64,000 bases of DNA from Thermoplasmata archaeon (lineage in GTDB: Archaea; Thermoplasmatota; Thermoplasmata; RBG-16-68-12). Where the stretch lies: contig DATESQ010000009.1 of assembly GCA_035283985.1 (NCBI GenBank), forward strand, positions 953-64,952, in the 5' to 3' direction. The notes below the pieces were generated by a model. The model had not been told where the DNA came from, did no database searches, and worked only from the letters and a program-made list of their open reading frames with translations. This document shows positions 27,605 to 36,906 of this stretch, in pieces. Both the position numbers and the translations under genes were made by a program. Each line of letters opens with the position of its first letter. The first letter of the stretch is position 1.

Positions 27605-28279
27605 TTAACCTTTTGAAGCGGGGCGCGGCCGCTTCTCGTCCGCGTCGCACGCCGCGTACACGGGGCACACCTCACACCGCGGCCTTTGCGCTTGGCAGAT
27701 CTCCCGGCCGAAGTAGATGAGGGCGAGGTGGCCGTCCCGCCGCTGCTTCGGCGGGACGTATCGTCGCAGCTCCGCATTGATTCGCTCGTAGTCCGGAGCC
27801 GTTGAGAGGTGCCACCGCCGCGCGAGCCGCGCGATATGCGTGTCCATCGGCATCGTGTCGCGACCCGCCACGAGGCTCAGCCACACGTCCGCGGTCTTGG
27901 GTCCCACGCCCGGGAGACCGAGGAGCATTTCCCGAGCCCGCGGGGGCGGCGCCCGCAGGAACGCGTCCATCGTCCCGCCATGTGCATCCACGAGGAACCG
28001 GGCGATCTGCTTTATCCGCGGCACCTTTTGGCGGGCGAGCCCCGCAGGCCGGAGGATCCGGACGAGCGCCAAGGACCGCATGCCCGCCATTCGCATCGCG
28101 GTCACGGGTCCCGTCGCCGCGAGGTGCGCCATCACGCGCTCCGTGACGAGGTCCGTGGAGTTCTGCGAGACGATGATCGAGGCGAGCGCCTCAAAGGGGT
28201 CGAGGCCCTCCGCCCAGTTCCTCGGCCGGTACCGTTTCAGAAGAGTCCGGAGCACGCCGCGAAACGTCGGGACGTCCAT
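27605..28279 (-). CDS. nth: Endonuclease III (HhH-GPD glycosylase with a [4Fe-4S] cluster)
   Basis: The HhH motif LLGLPGVGPKTADV and the cluster ligands CQAQRPRCEVCPVYAAC are present. Confidence 0.8.
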   Translation of the reverse strand: MDVPTFRGVLRTLLKRYRPRNWAEGLDPFEALASIIVSQNSTDLVTERVMAHLAATGPVTAMRMAGMRSLALVRILRPAGLARQKVPRIKQIARFLVDAHGGTMDAFLRAPPPRAREMLLGLPGVGPKTADVWLSLVAGRDTMPMDTHIARLARRWHLSTAPDYERINAELRRYVPPKQRRDGHLALIYFGREICQAQRPRCEVCPVYAACDADEKRPRPASKG

Positions 28280-28324
28280 GGCTTGGCGTGGGACCGACAC
28301 ACGCGGCCTTGAACGTGCCGTCCC

Positions 28325-29221
28325 TCACCCGCTCATGAACGAGCGGACCATCGTGAACACGTTGCGGGGGCGCTCACGGAGTCGCCGCGTGAAGTATGGA
28401 AGCCAGTTCGGGCCGTACGGGATGTACTCGAGCACCCGGTGACCTTTCGCCACGAGCTCGTCTTTCAGCGCGTCTCGCACCCCGAGGAGCATCTGGAACT
28501 CGAATCGCCGCGGCGCTGCGCGAACGAGTTCGAGGGTCCGTTCGATCATCGCCCCGTCGTGGGTCGCGACCGCGAACCGGTCCCCGCGCTCGAACAGGAG
28601 CCCGAGGACCCTCCGAAAGTTCGCGTCGACCTCCCGGCGGTCCCGGACGCCGACGGGCGGGAGCTCGCGGTACGCACCTTTGCACAGGCGGACGATTCCG
28701 CCAACCTCTAGAAGCGATTCGACGTCCTTCTCCGTCCGCCGCAGGTTCGTCTGGACCGCGACGCCGACACGATCGTACGCCGCGAGCGCGCGGCGGTAGA
28801 CATCAAGGGTCCGGTCCGTGAACCGCGATCCCTCCATGTCCATCCACAGGAACGCATCGAGGCTCCGCACGCGGTCGAGGATTTTCTTCACGTTAGACCA
28901 AAAAAATTCCTGATCGATGATTATCCCGCACTGCGTCGGCTTGATCGAGACGCACGCATCCATCTTCCGGTTCTCGGCGGCGTCGATGACCTCGATGTAC
29001 TCGTCGACTGCTGCGAGGACCGCAGACCGCCCCTCGACGTGCTCACCCAGGAGGTTGAGGATCGCGCCGATGTGGCGGTCGTTCGCTTCATCCGCCCGTA
29101 CCAGCGCGTCCGCCATCGTCTCGCCGGCGACCCACTGGTTTGCGAACCGGATGAGAAGGCCCACGGGGGTCCGGTTAGCGGACGTTGCGCCATAAATCTT
29201 CGGCACTTGCACTCCTGACAT
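28325..29221 (-). CDS. Proline dehydrogenase (PutA PRODH-domain family)
   Basis: The beta8-alpha8 PRODH pattern includes VSIKPTQ, WMDMEGS and IVRLCKGAYRE. Confidence 0.75.
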   Translation of the reverse strand: MSGVQVPKIYGATSANRTPVGLLIRFANQWVAGETMADALVRADEANDRHIGAILNLLGEHVEGRSAVLAAVDEYIEVIDAAENRKMDACVSIKPTQCGIIIDQEFFWSNVKKILDRVRSLDAFLWMDMEGSRFTDRTLDVYRRALAAYDRVGVAVQTNLRRTEKDVESLLEVGGIVRLCKGAYRELPPVGVRDRREVDANFRRVLGLLFERGDRFAVATHDGAMIERTLELVRAAPRRFEFQMLLGVRDALKDELVAKGHRVLEYIPYGPNWLPYFTRRLRERPRNVFTMVRSFMSG

Positions 29222-29275
29222 GCCCGTGGCTCGAAAGGTTCTTGCCCCGACCCGCGCTCGCCGCGATGTTCTTCG

Positions 29276-29995
29276 ATGGAGATTCTCCTTTTCCTGGGGC
29301 TTGCGCTTGCCCTAGGGTTCAAGCACAGCTACGACGCGGACCACCTTGTCGCGGTCTCGAACCTCCTCACCCGGAGCAAGAACCTCCGCCGGACGATCGC
29401 GATGAGCGTGAGCTGGGCGCTCGGTCATATGCTCACCGCCTCCGGCGTGACCCTCATCCTCTTCGTCTTCCGGGAGGCGTTCCTCGCGCAGTTCCTCGCA
29501 ATCTTCGAGCTTGCGGTCGCGGCGATGCTGATCGCAATCGGCCTCGTGTCCCTCACGTGGGAGTTCCGCGTCCTGCAGCGGCTCGGCCTCCTCCACGAGC
29601 ACCCACACGAACACCTTACGGGAGCGCACGCGCATCCACACTTCCACGTCCGGCGGTTCGGGGACCACGGCACCATGTTCGGGATCGGCGTCGTGCACGG
29701 CCTCGCGAGCAACGACGAGTTGCTCATCCTCCTGGTCGCGGCCCTCAGCGTCGCGACCCTCGGAGGCTTGCTGCTCGGAGTCGCCGTCTTCAGCGTCGGC
29801 GTCGTCCTCGGGATGGTCCTCTTCGGTATCGGTCTGAGCTATCCGATTGTGCGCTGGGGCGATGCGAAGGTTCGGCGGGTCACGACCGTCGTCACCGCGA
29901 TCCTGAGCATCGCGTACGGGATTCTTCTGTTCGCGGGCTTCGGGGGAATCAGCCTTCTGCCCTTCGTGACCGCCGAATGGTCCGCGAGGGTTTAA
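29276..29995 (+). CDS. NicO/RcnA-like nickel/cobalt transporter with a His-rich loop
   Basis: It is a 6-TM protein with the central loop HEHPHEHLTGAHAHPHFH. The family assignment is tentative. Confidence 0.5.
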   Translation: MEILLFLGLALALGFKHSYDADHLVAVSNLLTRSKNLRRTIAMSVSWALGHMLTASGVTLILFVFREAFLAQFLAIFELAVAAMLIAIGLVSLTWEFRVLQRLGLLHEHPHEHLTGAHAHPHFHVRRFGDHGTMFGIGVVHGLASNDELLILLVAALSVATLGGLLLGVAVFSVGVVLGMVLFGIGLSYPIVRWGDAKVRRVTTVVTAILSIAYGILLFAGFGGISLLPFVTAEWSARV

Positions 29996-30013
29996 GCCGC
30001 CCTGCGAGTTTCG

Positions 30014-30514
30014 ATGCCCGTGAACTTCCCGGATGCACTCGATCGCGCGACCTCGCTGCCGGACGTCTTCGAGATCGTAAAGCTCGCTGCGGAGCAGCAC
30101 GTCGGCCGGACCCGCGGCGGCCTGATGCTCGCGCTCGCGGACCTCGGAAATCATCCCCGCGGCTTCCTTGGAGCGTTCTACGTGATCGCCTCGAACGTGA
30201 TCGTGATGAACAAGGTGCCGCTCGTTCGGATCCGCGACACGCAGCCGCACCTGTACAACCACTACGCGTTCCACGTCCTCCTGCACGAATACCTGCACGC
30301 CCTCGGCTACGTCGACGAGGCCCGCTGCCGCCAGCTCGTGTACGACCTGAGCCACACGCTGTTCGGCGAGGATCACGCCGTGGCGCAGATTGCGAGGGAC
30401 GTGACCCGGTTCTTCCCGAGCCTCGTGTACCCGGACGCGGCGTGGCAGCCCGCGGACCTCAAGCTCGAGCTCGTCGCGAACTTCGACCGCGGGAACACGG
30501 GCTACATCGCGTAG
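30014..30514 (+). CDS. Hypothetical protein with an HExxH motif (possible small zinc metalloprotease)
   Basis: The motif is HVLLHEYLHALGY. No other recognisable family features were found. Confidence 0.4.
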   Translation: MPVNFPDALDRATSLPDVFEIVKLAAEQHVGRTRGGLMLALADLGNHPRGFLGAFYVIASNVIVMNKVPLVRIRDTQPHLYNHYAFHVLLHEYLHALGYVDEARCRQLVYDLSHTLFGEDHAVAQIARDVTRFFPSLVYPDAAWQPADLKLELVANFDRGNTGYIA

Positions 30515-30603
30515 CGCCGCGGCGCGTCGAGACTATAATTCCATCGTTTCGATAAAAAGACATAAGTATCACACCCACAATCGCGGCGCGGGGGAGCGAG
30601 TCC

Positions 30604-31299
30604 ATGGAGGCGGGTTGGGGGAAGAAAGTTCTTGGCGAAGGACTCGGCGCGTTCGCCCTCGTCGTCGTGGGCGCAGGGTCCGTCCTCGCTGCGAGCACGG
30701 CGGGCTCGGACGTCCTGCTCTACGCGACGCTCGGTCACGCATTCGTGATCGCGGTGATGGCGACTGCGCTCGGCCCGATTTCCGGCGGGCAGATCACTCC
30801 AGCGGTGACTCTCGGGCTCATCGCGACGCGACGGATCAAGGCGGACCTCGGCGTCGCGATCATCATCTTCCAGCTGATCGGGAGCATCGTCGGCGGCGTG
30901 CTCCTGTGGTGGCTGTATCCCTCGGAGGTTTCTTCCGGGCTCCGCCTCGCGACGCCCGCCGTGAATTCGTCGATTACGCCGCTCCAGGCGATGGTCGTTG
31001 AGATCGTGATCACGTTCTTCCTTGTGTTCGTCGTATTCGCGACCGCGATCGACGCGCGCGGTGCGGGCAAGACCCTCGCCGCCTTCCCCATCGGCTTCAC
31101 GGTCGGGATCGGCTGGTTCTTCGGCGGGGCCCTCACGGGTGCGGCGATGAGCCCCGGGCGGTGGATCGGTCCCGCGGTCGCGTCCGGGTTCTACGACAAC
31201 GGGTGGGTCTATTGGATCGGACCCTTGCTCGGCGGTTTGATTGCCGCGCTCGTTTACGAGTACGTCTTCAAGCCACAGGCCGCGCTGAAGAGCGCGTAG
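30604..31299 (+). CDS. MIP-family channel (aquaporin/glycerol facilitator-like) with non-canonical NPA boxes
   Basis: The six-TM MIP pattern is present, but box 1 is SGGQITPAVT instead of SGxHxNPAVT and box 2 is MSPGRWIGPAV instead of NPARSFGPA. Confidence 0.75.
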   Translation: MEAGWGKKVLGEGLGAFALVVVGAGSVLAASTAGSDVLLYATLGHAFVIAVMATALGPISGGQITPAVTLGLIATRRIKADLGVAIIIFQLIGSIVGGVLLWWLYPSEVSSGLRLATPAVNSSITPLQAMVVEIVITFFLVFVVFATAIDARGAGKTLAAFPIGFTVGIGWFFGGALTGAAMSPGRWIGPAVASGFYDNGWVYWIGPLLGGLIAALVYEYVFKPQAALKSA

Positions 31300-31404
31300 A
31301 TTGTCAAGACGGGACACGGCCGCGCCGCGATTATCTAGTACATTCTCTCCATACAATAGCCATAGGCAAACGTTTAAATCGAACCCGACTCTCGGGGCCG
31401 GCGC

Positions 31405-32196
31405 ATGATGCAACAGGAGGCGGCGAAGAAGCTTTCGCAGGCTCCGAAGACCGCCTTCCAAGAGCCGCCCTTGAAGTTCCGTGCCTCGCGGTACACGGCC
31501 ATCGTGAAGGAAGTTTTCGACATCACGCCGACGTTCCCGGAGACGTACGTCATTCGATTCACGTTCGAGAACCTGCCTCAGGTTTTCGACTTCCAGGCGG
31601 GCCAGTTCATCTCCGTGTTCGCGGAGAAGGACGGGAAGTCAATCTCCCGCCCATACTCGATCGCGTCCCCGCCGGAGACGAAGGAGCACATGGAGCTCGC
31701 GATCAAGGTCGTCGGGAGCGGCTTCATGTCGAACTACCTCCACCGCGTCGCCCCTGGAACGAAGCTCCGGGTCATCGGCCCCCTCGGTCGGTTCATCCTG
31801 CTCGAGCCGCCGGAGCGGGACATCATGTTCGTCGCAACGGGCACGGGCGTGGCACCGTTCGTGGCGATGCTCGGCCACATCTTCTCCCTGAACTACGACG
31901 TCGAGCTGCACCTCGTGTTCGGCGTCCGGTACCTCTACGACCTGATCTATCGGAATCTTTTCGAGAAGTGGGCCCGGGAGCACAAGAACTTCCACTTCTA
32001 CCCGACGATCTCGCGACCCGAGACGCCGGACTGGAAGGGCCGCGTCGGGTACGTCGAGAAGATCATCGAGAACGAGATCGAGGACCGGACGCACAAGGAT
32101 GTCTACATCTGTGGCCTCCGCCACATGGTGGAGCAGGTGAAGACCCTCTGCGAGAGCCTGAACTTCCACCTCGTCCGGTTCGAGAAGTGGGACTGA
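31405..32196 (+). CDS. Ferredoxin-NADP reductase-like FAD/NAD(P)-binding oxidoreductase
   Basis: The FAD motif is RPYSIAS, the NAD(P) motif is IMFVATGTGVAPF, and the C-terminal motif is VYICG. Confidence 0.7.
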   Translation: MMQQEAAKKLSQAPKTAFQEPPLKFRASRYTAIVKEVFDITPTFPETYVIRFTFENLPQVFDFQAGQFISVFAEKDGKSISRPYSIASPPETKEHMELAIKVVGSGFMSNYLHRVAPGTKLRVIGPLGRFILLEPPERDIMFVATGTGVAPFVAMLGHIFSLNYDVELHLVFGVRYLYDLIYRNLFEKWAREHKNFHFYPTISRPETPDWKGRVGYVEKIIENEIEDRTHKDVYICGLRHMVEQVKTLCESLNFHLVRFEKWD

Positions 32197-32205
32197 GCGG
32201 CGCGG

Positions 32206-32721
32206 TCACGCGGGCTTGCGCTTCCTGCGCACGGCGTAGTATGCGACCGCCACGAGGCCGACCGCGAGGCCGACGATGACGATCACGATGATCGGGACGA
32301 GATCGGCGGGGCGCGAAGGGTCCCCGACCTCGAGGCGGCCCGCCATCCCGGTCCACCGGCCACCGCCCGCCTCTGTCGCGTGGCCGGCGATGCCGCAGTG
32401 GAAGTAGAACACGCCCGTCTGGTCGGCCGTGAACGTCACGGAGCGGTTCTCTCCCGGCTGGATCGGGGCGGATACGGTCCCCAGATGGACGTTTAACGTT
32501 GGCAGGTCGAACGTGTGGGGCACGCCTGTATCGTTGTTGAAGACTCGGATCGTCACGACGTCACCGGGGTCCACCCGGACTAGATCGGGGGTGAACGCGA
32601 TGGATCGCATCTCAATCGCGAAGGACACATCCTTGGCCTGCGCGCGCGGAACGTCGACGAGCGCGACGGTGAGGATGAGGAGCGCGGGCAGGAACGGTGC
32701 GATGCGGCGCAAGCCAGACAC
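32206..32721 (-). CDS. Cupredoxin (type-1 blue copper protein), membrane-anchored
   Basis: It has a signal/anchor segment (RRIAPFLPALLILTVALV). The copper ligand pattern is H...C...H...M (PHTFD...FYFHCGIAGHATEAGGGRWTGM). A C-terminal TM helix is followed by a basic tail. The start (GTG at 32721) is uncertain. Confidence 0.6.
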   Translation of the reverse strand: MSGLRRIAPFLPALLILTVALVDVPRAQAKDVSFAIEMRSIAFTPDLVRVDPGDVVTIRVFNNDTGVPHTFDLPTLNVHLGTVSAPIQPGENRSVTFTADQTGVFYFHCGIAGHATEAGGGRWTGMAGRLEVGDPSRPADLVPIIVIVIVGLAVGLVAVAYYAVRRKRKPA

Positions 32722-32827
32722 GGGATCATGAGGGCTGAACCGCCGGAGTTCAATAGACTTTTCGGATTCAGGGCGGACGCGCCAAAGTATATAGTTTGCC
32801 AGGGGTTCCCCAGGCGGAGGCGGGCCT

Positions 32828-33355
32828 ATGGCCGAGGCGATCGACTTCTGGTTCATCATCCTGCGCTGGATCCACTTCGTCGGCGGAATCACATGGATCG
32901 GGCTTCTGTTCTACTTCAATTTCGTTCAAGTGCCCACCTTCAAGGAGCTCGACGGCGCGACGAAGAATATCCTCATTCCGCGGCTTGTGAAACGCGTCCT
33001 GTTCTGGTTTCGATGGTCGGCGGTCGTCACGGTCCTTGCGGGTTGGCTGTACTTCCTATCGCGGTGGACGATTGACGGCTTCTCGATCACCGCATTGACG
33101 ACGGTGTGGTGGTACGTCTCGATCCTGACGGGCGGATTCCTGGGGACGTTCATGTTCGTGAACGTGTGGGGTGTGATTTGGCCGAACCAGAGGAAGGTGA
33201 TCTGGGCCACGGAGCAACTCGCGAAGGGCACGCCCCTACCTCCCGACATGCCGAAGTGGGGCCGGCGGGCCCTCATCGCATCGCGAATGAACTTGGCGCT
33301 GTCGTTCCCGATGCTCTTCTTCATGGCGTCGGCGAGCCACCTGACACTGATCTAG
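32828..33355 (+). CDS. Hypothetical 4-TM membrane protein, divergent from the cupredoxin
   Basis: It is a hydrophobic, Trp-rich protein (HFVGGITWIGLLFYFNF) with a GGCGGAGG ribosome-binding site. Confidence 0.5.
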   Translation: MAEAIDFWFIILRWIHFVGGITWIGLLFYFNFVQVPTFKELDGATKNILIPRLVKRVLFWFRWSAVVTVLAGWLYFLSRWTIDGFSITALTTVWWYVSILTGGFLGTFMFVNVWGVIWPNQRKVIWATEQLAKGTPLPPDMPKWGRRALIASRMNLALSFPMLFFMASASHLTLI

Positions 33356-33367
33356 GAGGTCCAGTGG

Positions 33368-33550
33368 ATGGCGTGGGGGATGGAGACGAAGTCGGGGTTT
33401 GGTTGGTCGGTGGCCGTTGTCATTGTCTTCTTGGTCGCGATTGTGGGCATGACCGGAGTTTATGGCTCCGCCCTAAGAACTCCCGCGATGCTGATTCTTC
33501 CCCTCTTGGCATACATCGGGTTTCTCGCGTGGGTTCGCCGCGTGAAGTAG
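33368..33550 (+). CDS. Small hypothetical 2-TM protein
   Basis: It is 60 aa with two hydrophobic helices and GGAGG 8 nt upstream. Confidence 0.3.
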   Translation: MAWGMETKSGFGWSVAVVIVFLVAIVGMTGVYGSALRTPAMLILPLLAYIGFLAWVRRVK

Positions 33551-33636
33551 CGCACCCGTTGTCGCCGAGCGCGACGAACGCGACAAACCAGAAGATATTT
33601 CTGCGAGGACCGTTTCGTTGCGGACGACGTGATTCG

Positions 33637-34137
33637 ATGTCATCATTGGTGAGCGCTTTGAAGCACCTTGGCGAGTCGATTGAACGGAAGCGGTCCCCAC
33701 GGGTTGCACATGCGCACTGCGACATTCCCTGCGGGATCTACAATTCGTTCCCCGCCATCCAAGCCGCGCAGACCGTCCAGAAGATGGTAGCACGGCTGAC
33801 GGACCTGAAGGAACCGACGGCGAGGGATTCCCAGGTGATGCTCGAATACCTGAACGCGGTTGCGCGCCACGTCCAGGTCAAGGAGGAGCACGCACAGCTG
33901 TGCAAGAAGGAAATCCTCATCCTGTGGACGGACTACTTCAAACGGGAGCACCTCGCGATGTTTCCGGACCTCCACGAAAAGGTGTGGACCGCCGCGAAGC
34001 TGTGTTCGAAGAACAAGCAAAGCGTGGACAGCAAGGCGGCGAGCGACCTGCTTGAGGCGGCCCACGAAATCGGGCACATGTGGGAGAAGGCGGAAGCCGC
34101 GAAGGCCGCGGCCGCAGAGGGACCGAGGCGTCGATAG
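33637..34137 (+). CDS. sodN: Nickel-containing superoxide dismutase precursor
   Basis: A 23-aa leader (MSSLVSALKHLGESIERKRSPRVAHA) is followed by the Ni-hook HCDIPCGIY, the defining NiSOD motif in which His1 becomes the N-terminus after processing. Confidence 0.85.
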   Translation: MSSLVSALKHLGESIERKRSPRVAHAHCDIPCGIYNSFPAIQAAQTVQKMVARLTDLKEPTARDSQVMLEYLNAVARHVQVKEEHAQLCKKEILILWTDYFKREHLAMFPDLHEKVWTAAKLCSKNKQSVDSKAASDLLEAAHEIGHMWEKAEAAKAAAAEGPRRR

Positions 34138-34139
34138 CG

Positions 34140-34553
34140 ATGGCTCGGTTCATCGTGCGCGGGAACAGCATGGAGCCAACCATCGAGTGGGGGCAGTATC
34201 TCCTCGTGAGCCGTCTCGCGTATCGGATCCGGAAGCCCGCTCGGGACGACCTCGCGATCGTCCGTCACCCGCTTCGGCATGGGTTTCTTCTCGTGAAGCG
34301 CGTCGTCGGCATCCCCGGTGACAACATCCGGTTGGAAGCCGGCGCGCTGGTGGTCAACAACATTGTCGTCTCCACGTCTCATGAAGTGCTACAATCGAAC
34401 GCGCAATGGCACCTCGCTGGGGACGAGTACTTCGTGTCGGGGGACCGAACCGACGGGAGCGCGGACAGCCGCGCCTTCGGGCCTGTGCCCCGATCCCTGT
34501 TCCTCGGGAAGGTGCGATCCCCGCGACGACGAGGACCCGGAGGCCGTGGGTAG
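34140..34553 (+). CDS. sodX: NiSOD maturation peptidase (signal peptidase I / S26 family)
   Basis: The catalytic Ser is in GNSMEPT and the catalytic Lys in VKRVVGIPGD. The gene is adjacent to sodN with a 2-nt spacer. Confidence 0.75.
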   Translation: MARFIVRGNSMEPTIEWGQYLLVSRLAYRIRKPARDDLAIVRHPLRHGFLLVKRVVGIPGDNIRLEAGALVVNNIVVSTSHEVLQSNAQWHLAGDEYFVSGDRTDGSADSRAFGPVPRSLFLGKVRSPRRRGPGGRG

Positions 34554-34635
34554 GTCATCCGGCTTCACGGCCGGCCCGTACTTTCACAACGTTCATGAGG
34601 ACTCGCCGCGTGGAAGGCGAAACGAGGGAACGCGC

Positions 34636-35112
34636 ATGGCGGTTGAAATCGGAATCCCAGAACGAAGTCGTGAGGCGGTCGTCCGAATTCTGAACGACAT
34701 TCTCTCCGACGAGTACGTCCTGTACACGAAGACGAGAAACTACCACTGGAACGTCGTTGGCCCACAGTTCAATGACCTGCACAAGTTCTTTGAAGCTCGG
34801 TACGAGGAACTTAACGAGATCGTCGACGACGTGGCGGAGCGTGCCCGTGCGCTCGGGGGACGGTCGCGGGCGACGATCGTGGAGTTTGCGAAGACTGCGA
34901 GGCTCAAGGAGCACCCCGGCGACTACCCAGGCGCCAAGGAGATGGTCGCGAACCTCCTCGAGGACCACGAAGCGCTCATCCGAACCTTGCGCATGGACTT
35001 GGAGGCGTGCGCGGAAAAGTATGAGGATATGGGGACGAACGACTTCCTGACGGGACTCATGGAGCGGCACGAGAAGATGGCGTGGATGCTCCGCGCGATG
35101 CTCGAGGGCTGA
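34636..35112 (+). CDS. dps: Dps (DNA protection during starvation, ferritin-like)
   Basis: The ferritin-like di-iron ligand spacing is present (NYHWNVVGPQFNDLHKFFE...ELNEIVDDVAER). GAGGG lies 8 nt upstream of the ATG. Confidence 0.85.
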   Translation: MAVEIGIPERSREAVVRILNDILSDEYVLYTKTRNYHWNVVGPQFNDLHKFFEARYEELNEIVDDVAERARALGGRSRATIVEFAKTARLKEHPGDYPGAKEMVANLLEDHEALIRTLRMDLEACAEKYEDMGTNDFLTGLMERHEKMAWMLRAMLEG

Positions 35113-35122
35113 AACTCGGCCA

Positions 35123-35821
35123 GTGCGAACGGCTTATATTCCCCGAAGAATCCGGAACGGGATGCGGACCCCTCGCTATCGCCATATCGAGGAACTACTG
35201 AGGGAGTACGCGGAGAAGCGGAACGCGATCCTCGAGCGGCTCACTGAGTTTCGCGCAATGTGGCACGAGCCGGACGAACGGCTTTTCGAGGAGGTGGCGT
35301 ACTGCATCCTTGCGATTCAAACGAAGGCTCGCGCGGCGGATGCGGCGGTCCGCGATTTGAAGGTGAGCGGCCTTCTCTATGAGGGAGATGTCGCTTCTAT
35401 CGCGAAGTTCCTCCGAAGCCGGACGCGGTTTCACAATCACAAGGCCGCGTATCTCGTTGCGGCGCGAGAGCGGTTCCGAGAGGACGGTCAGTGGGCTCTC
35501 AAGAAAATGCTCTCCTCGATTCCGGGAGCGGACGCGGCCCGCGATTGGCTTGTCCGCGAGGTCGACGGCTTCTCGATGAAGGAGGCGTCCCATCTCCTGC
35601 GAAACATTGGCTTTTCCGACGAGCTTGCGATTCTCGACCGTCACGTTCTTCGGAATCTCTACCGCCACGGCGTCATTCGTGCGATTCCCAAATCCCTCAC
35701 ACCCCGCCGATATCGCGAGATCGAGGCGCGATGGGGGCGGTTCGCGGAGGCCGTCGCGATTCCGGTCGCGGAGATGGACCTCTTGTTCTTCAGCCGCGGG
35801 GCGGGAGAGATTTTGAAGTAG
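35123..35821 (+). CDS. ogg: 8-oxoguanine DNA glycosylase / N-glycosylase-DNA lyase (archaeal Ogg2-like, HhH-GPD)
   Basis: The motif is GFSMKEASHLLRNIGFSDELAILDRHV. The start may be the internal ATG at 35162. Confidence 0.7.
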   Translation: MRTAYIPRRIRNGMRTPRYRHIEELLREYAEKRNAILERLTEFRAMWHEPDERLFEEVAYCILAIQTKARAADAAVRDLKVSGLLYEGDVASIAKFLRSRTRFHNHKAAYLVAARERFREDGQWALKKMLSSIPGADAARDWLVREVDGFSMKEASHLLRNIGFSDELAILDRHVLRNLYRHGVIRAIPKSLTPRRYREIEARWGRFAEAVAIPVAEMDLLFFSRGAGEILK

Positions 35822-35838
35822 CTGGCCCATCGTGTTTT

Positions 35839-36906
35839 GTGGACCTCGCGACGCCGCTCCTCGAGTGGTACCGCGCGAACCGACGCGACCTCCCGTTTCG
35901 CCGGACACGAGACCCGTACGCGATTCTCGTCGCGGAGGTGATGCTCCAGCGAACCCGCGTCGTCGCGGGTGTGCCGTACTTCGAACGGTTCCTTGCGGCA
36001 TTCCCCACGGTCGTGGATCTCGCGAAGGCCTCCGAGGAGGAGGTGCTCAAGGCCTGGGAGGGCCTTGGCTTTTACGGTCGCGCGCGGAACCTCCATCGCG
36101 CGGCGAGCGCGATTGTCGAGCGGTATGGCGGGCGCGTGCCGTCGCGATTCGCGGCCCTCCGCGAGCTTCCGGGGATCGGGGACTACACGGCGGGTGCGGT
36201 CGCAAGCATCGGGTTTGGTGAACAGGTCCCCGCCATCGACGGCAACGCCGTGCGGGTCCTCGCCCGCGTATTCCGGCTGCGAGGCGATCTGACCCGGAGC
36301 GGCGCGAAGCGGCGACTCCAAGGGATTGCGGCGTCGCTCGTCCCTTCCGATGAGCCCGGGTCCTACAACCAAGCCCTCATGGAACTCGGCGCCACGATCT
36401 GCATCCCGCGGGCGCCGCGATGTTCTCTCTGTCCGATCCGCTCGATGTGCGGCGCGTACGCGGAGGGGCGTCCCGCTGCCTATCCGGAGCCGCGTCGTGC
36501 AGCCGTGATACCGACCGTTCGCGTGGCGTTCGTCCTCGTCGAGCGGGACGGCAAGATGCTTCTCCACAAGCGGCCTGCCAAGGGGCTCCTCGCGGGATTC
36601 TGGGCGCTGCCGGGCGGGGAAATCGCCGATGTCTCAGACGAAACGGTGGCGTTGCGAACCGTTCTTCGTTCGATGGGCCTCCACGTCCGAATCGGAGATC
36701 CCGTGGCGCGCGTGGATCACAGATTCAGCCACCGCCGCTGGGAGGGTCAGGTCGTTCGCGGACGCCTCCGTGGGCGCCCGTCCTCGTCGCCCGAGTTCCG
36801 ATGGGCGTCCCTCGAAGAACTTCGGGATCTCCCCGTCGTCTCGTTCCACCGGCGAATCCTCGAGCGCGTCGCATTCCCGCCACGCAGGCAGACCCGCCTC
36901 GTCTGA
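35839..36906 (+). CDS. mutY: A/G-specific adenine DNA glycosylase with a C-terminal NUDIX (MutT-like) domain
   Basis: The HhH-GPD core is LPFRRTRDPYAILVAEVMLQRT. The [4Fe-4S] ligands are CIPRAPRCSLCPIRSMC. The C-terminal NUDIX-like segment is WALPGGE. A GTG start was chosen just after the ogg stop. Confidence 0.8.
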   Translation: MDLATPLLEWYRANRRDLPFRRTRDPYAILVAEVMLQRTRVVAGVPYFERFLAAFPTVVDLAKASEEEVLKAWEGLGFYGRARNLHRAASAIVERYGGRVPSRFAALRELPGIGDYTAGAVASIGFGEQVPAIDGNAVRVLARVFRLRGDLTRSGAKRRLQGIAASLVPSDEPGSYNQALMELGATICIPRAPRCSLCPIRSMCGAYAEGRPAAYPEPRRAAVIPTVRVAFVLVERDGKMLLHKRPAKGLLAGFWALPGGEIADVSDETVALRTVLRSMGLHVRIGDPVARVDHRFSHRRWEGQVVRGRLRGRPSSSPEFRWASLEELRDLPVVSFHRRILERVAFPPRRQTRLV

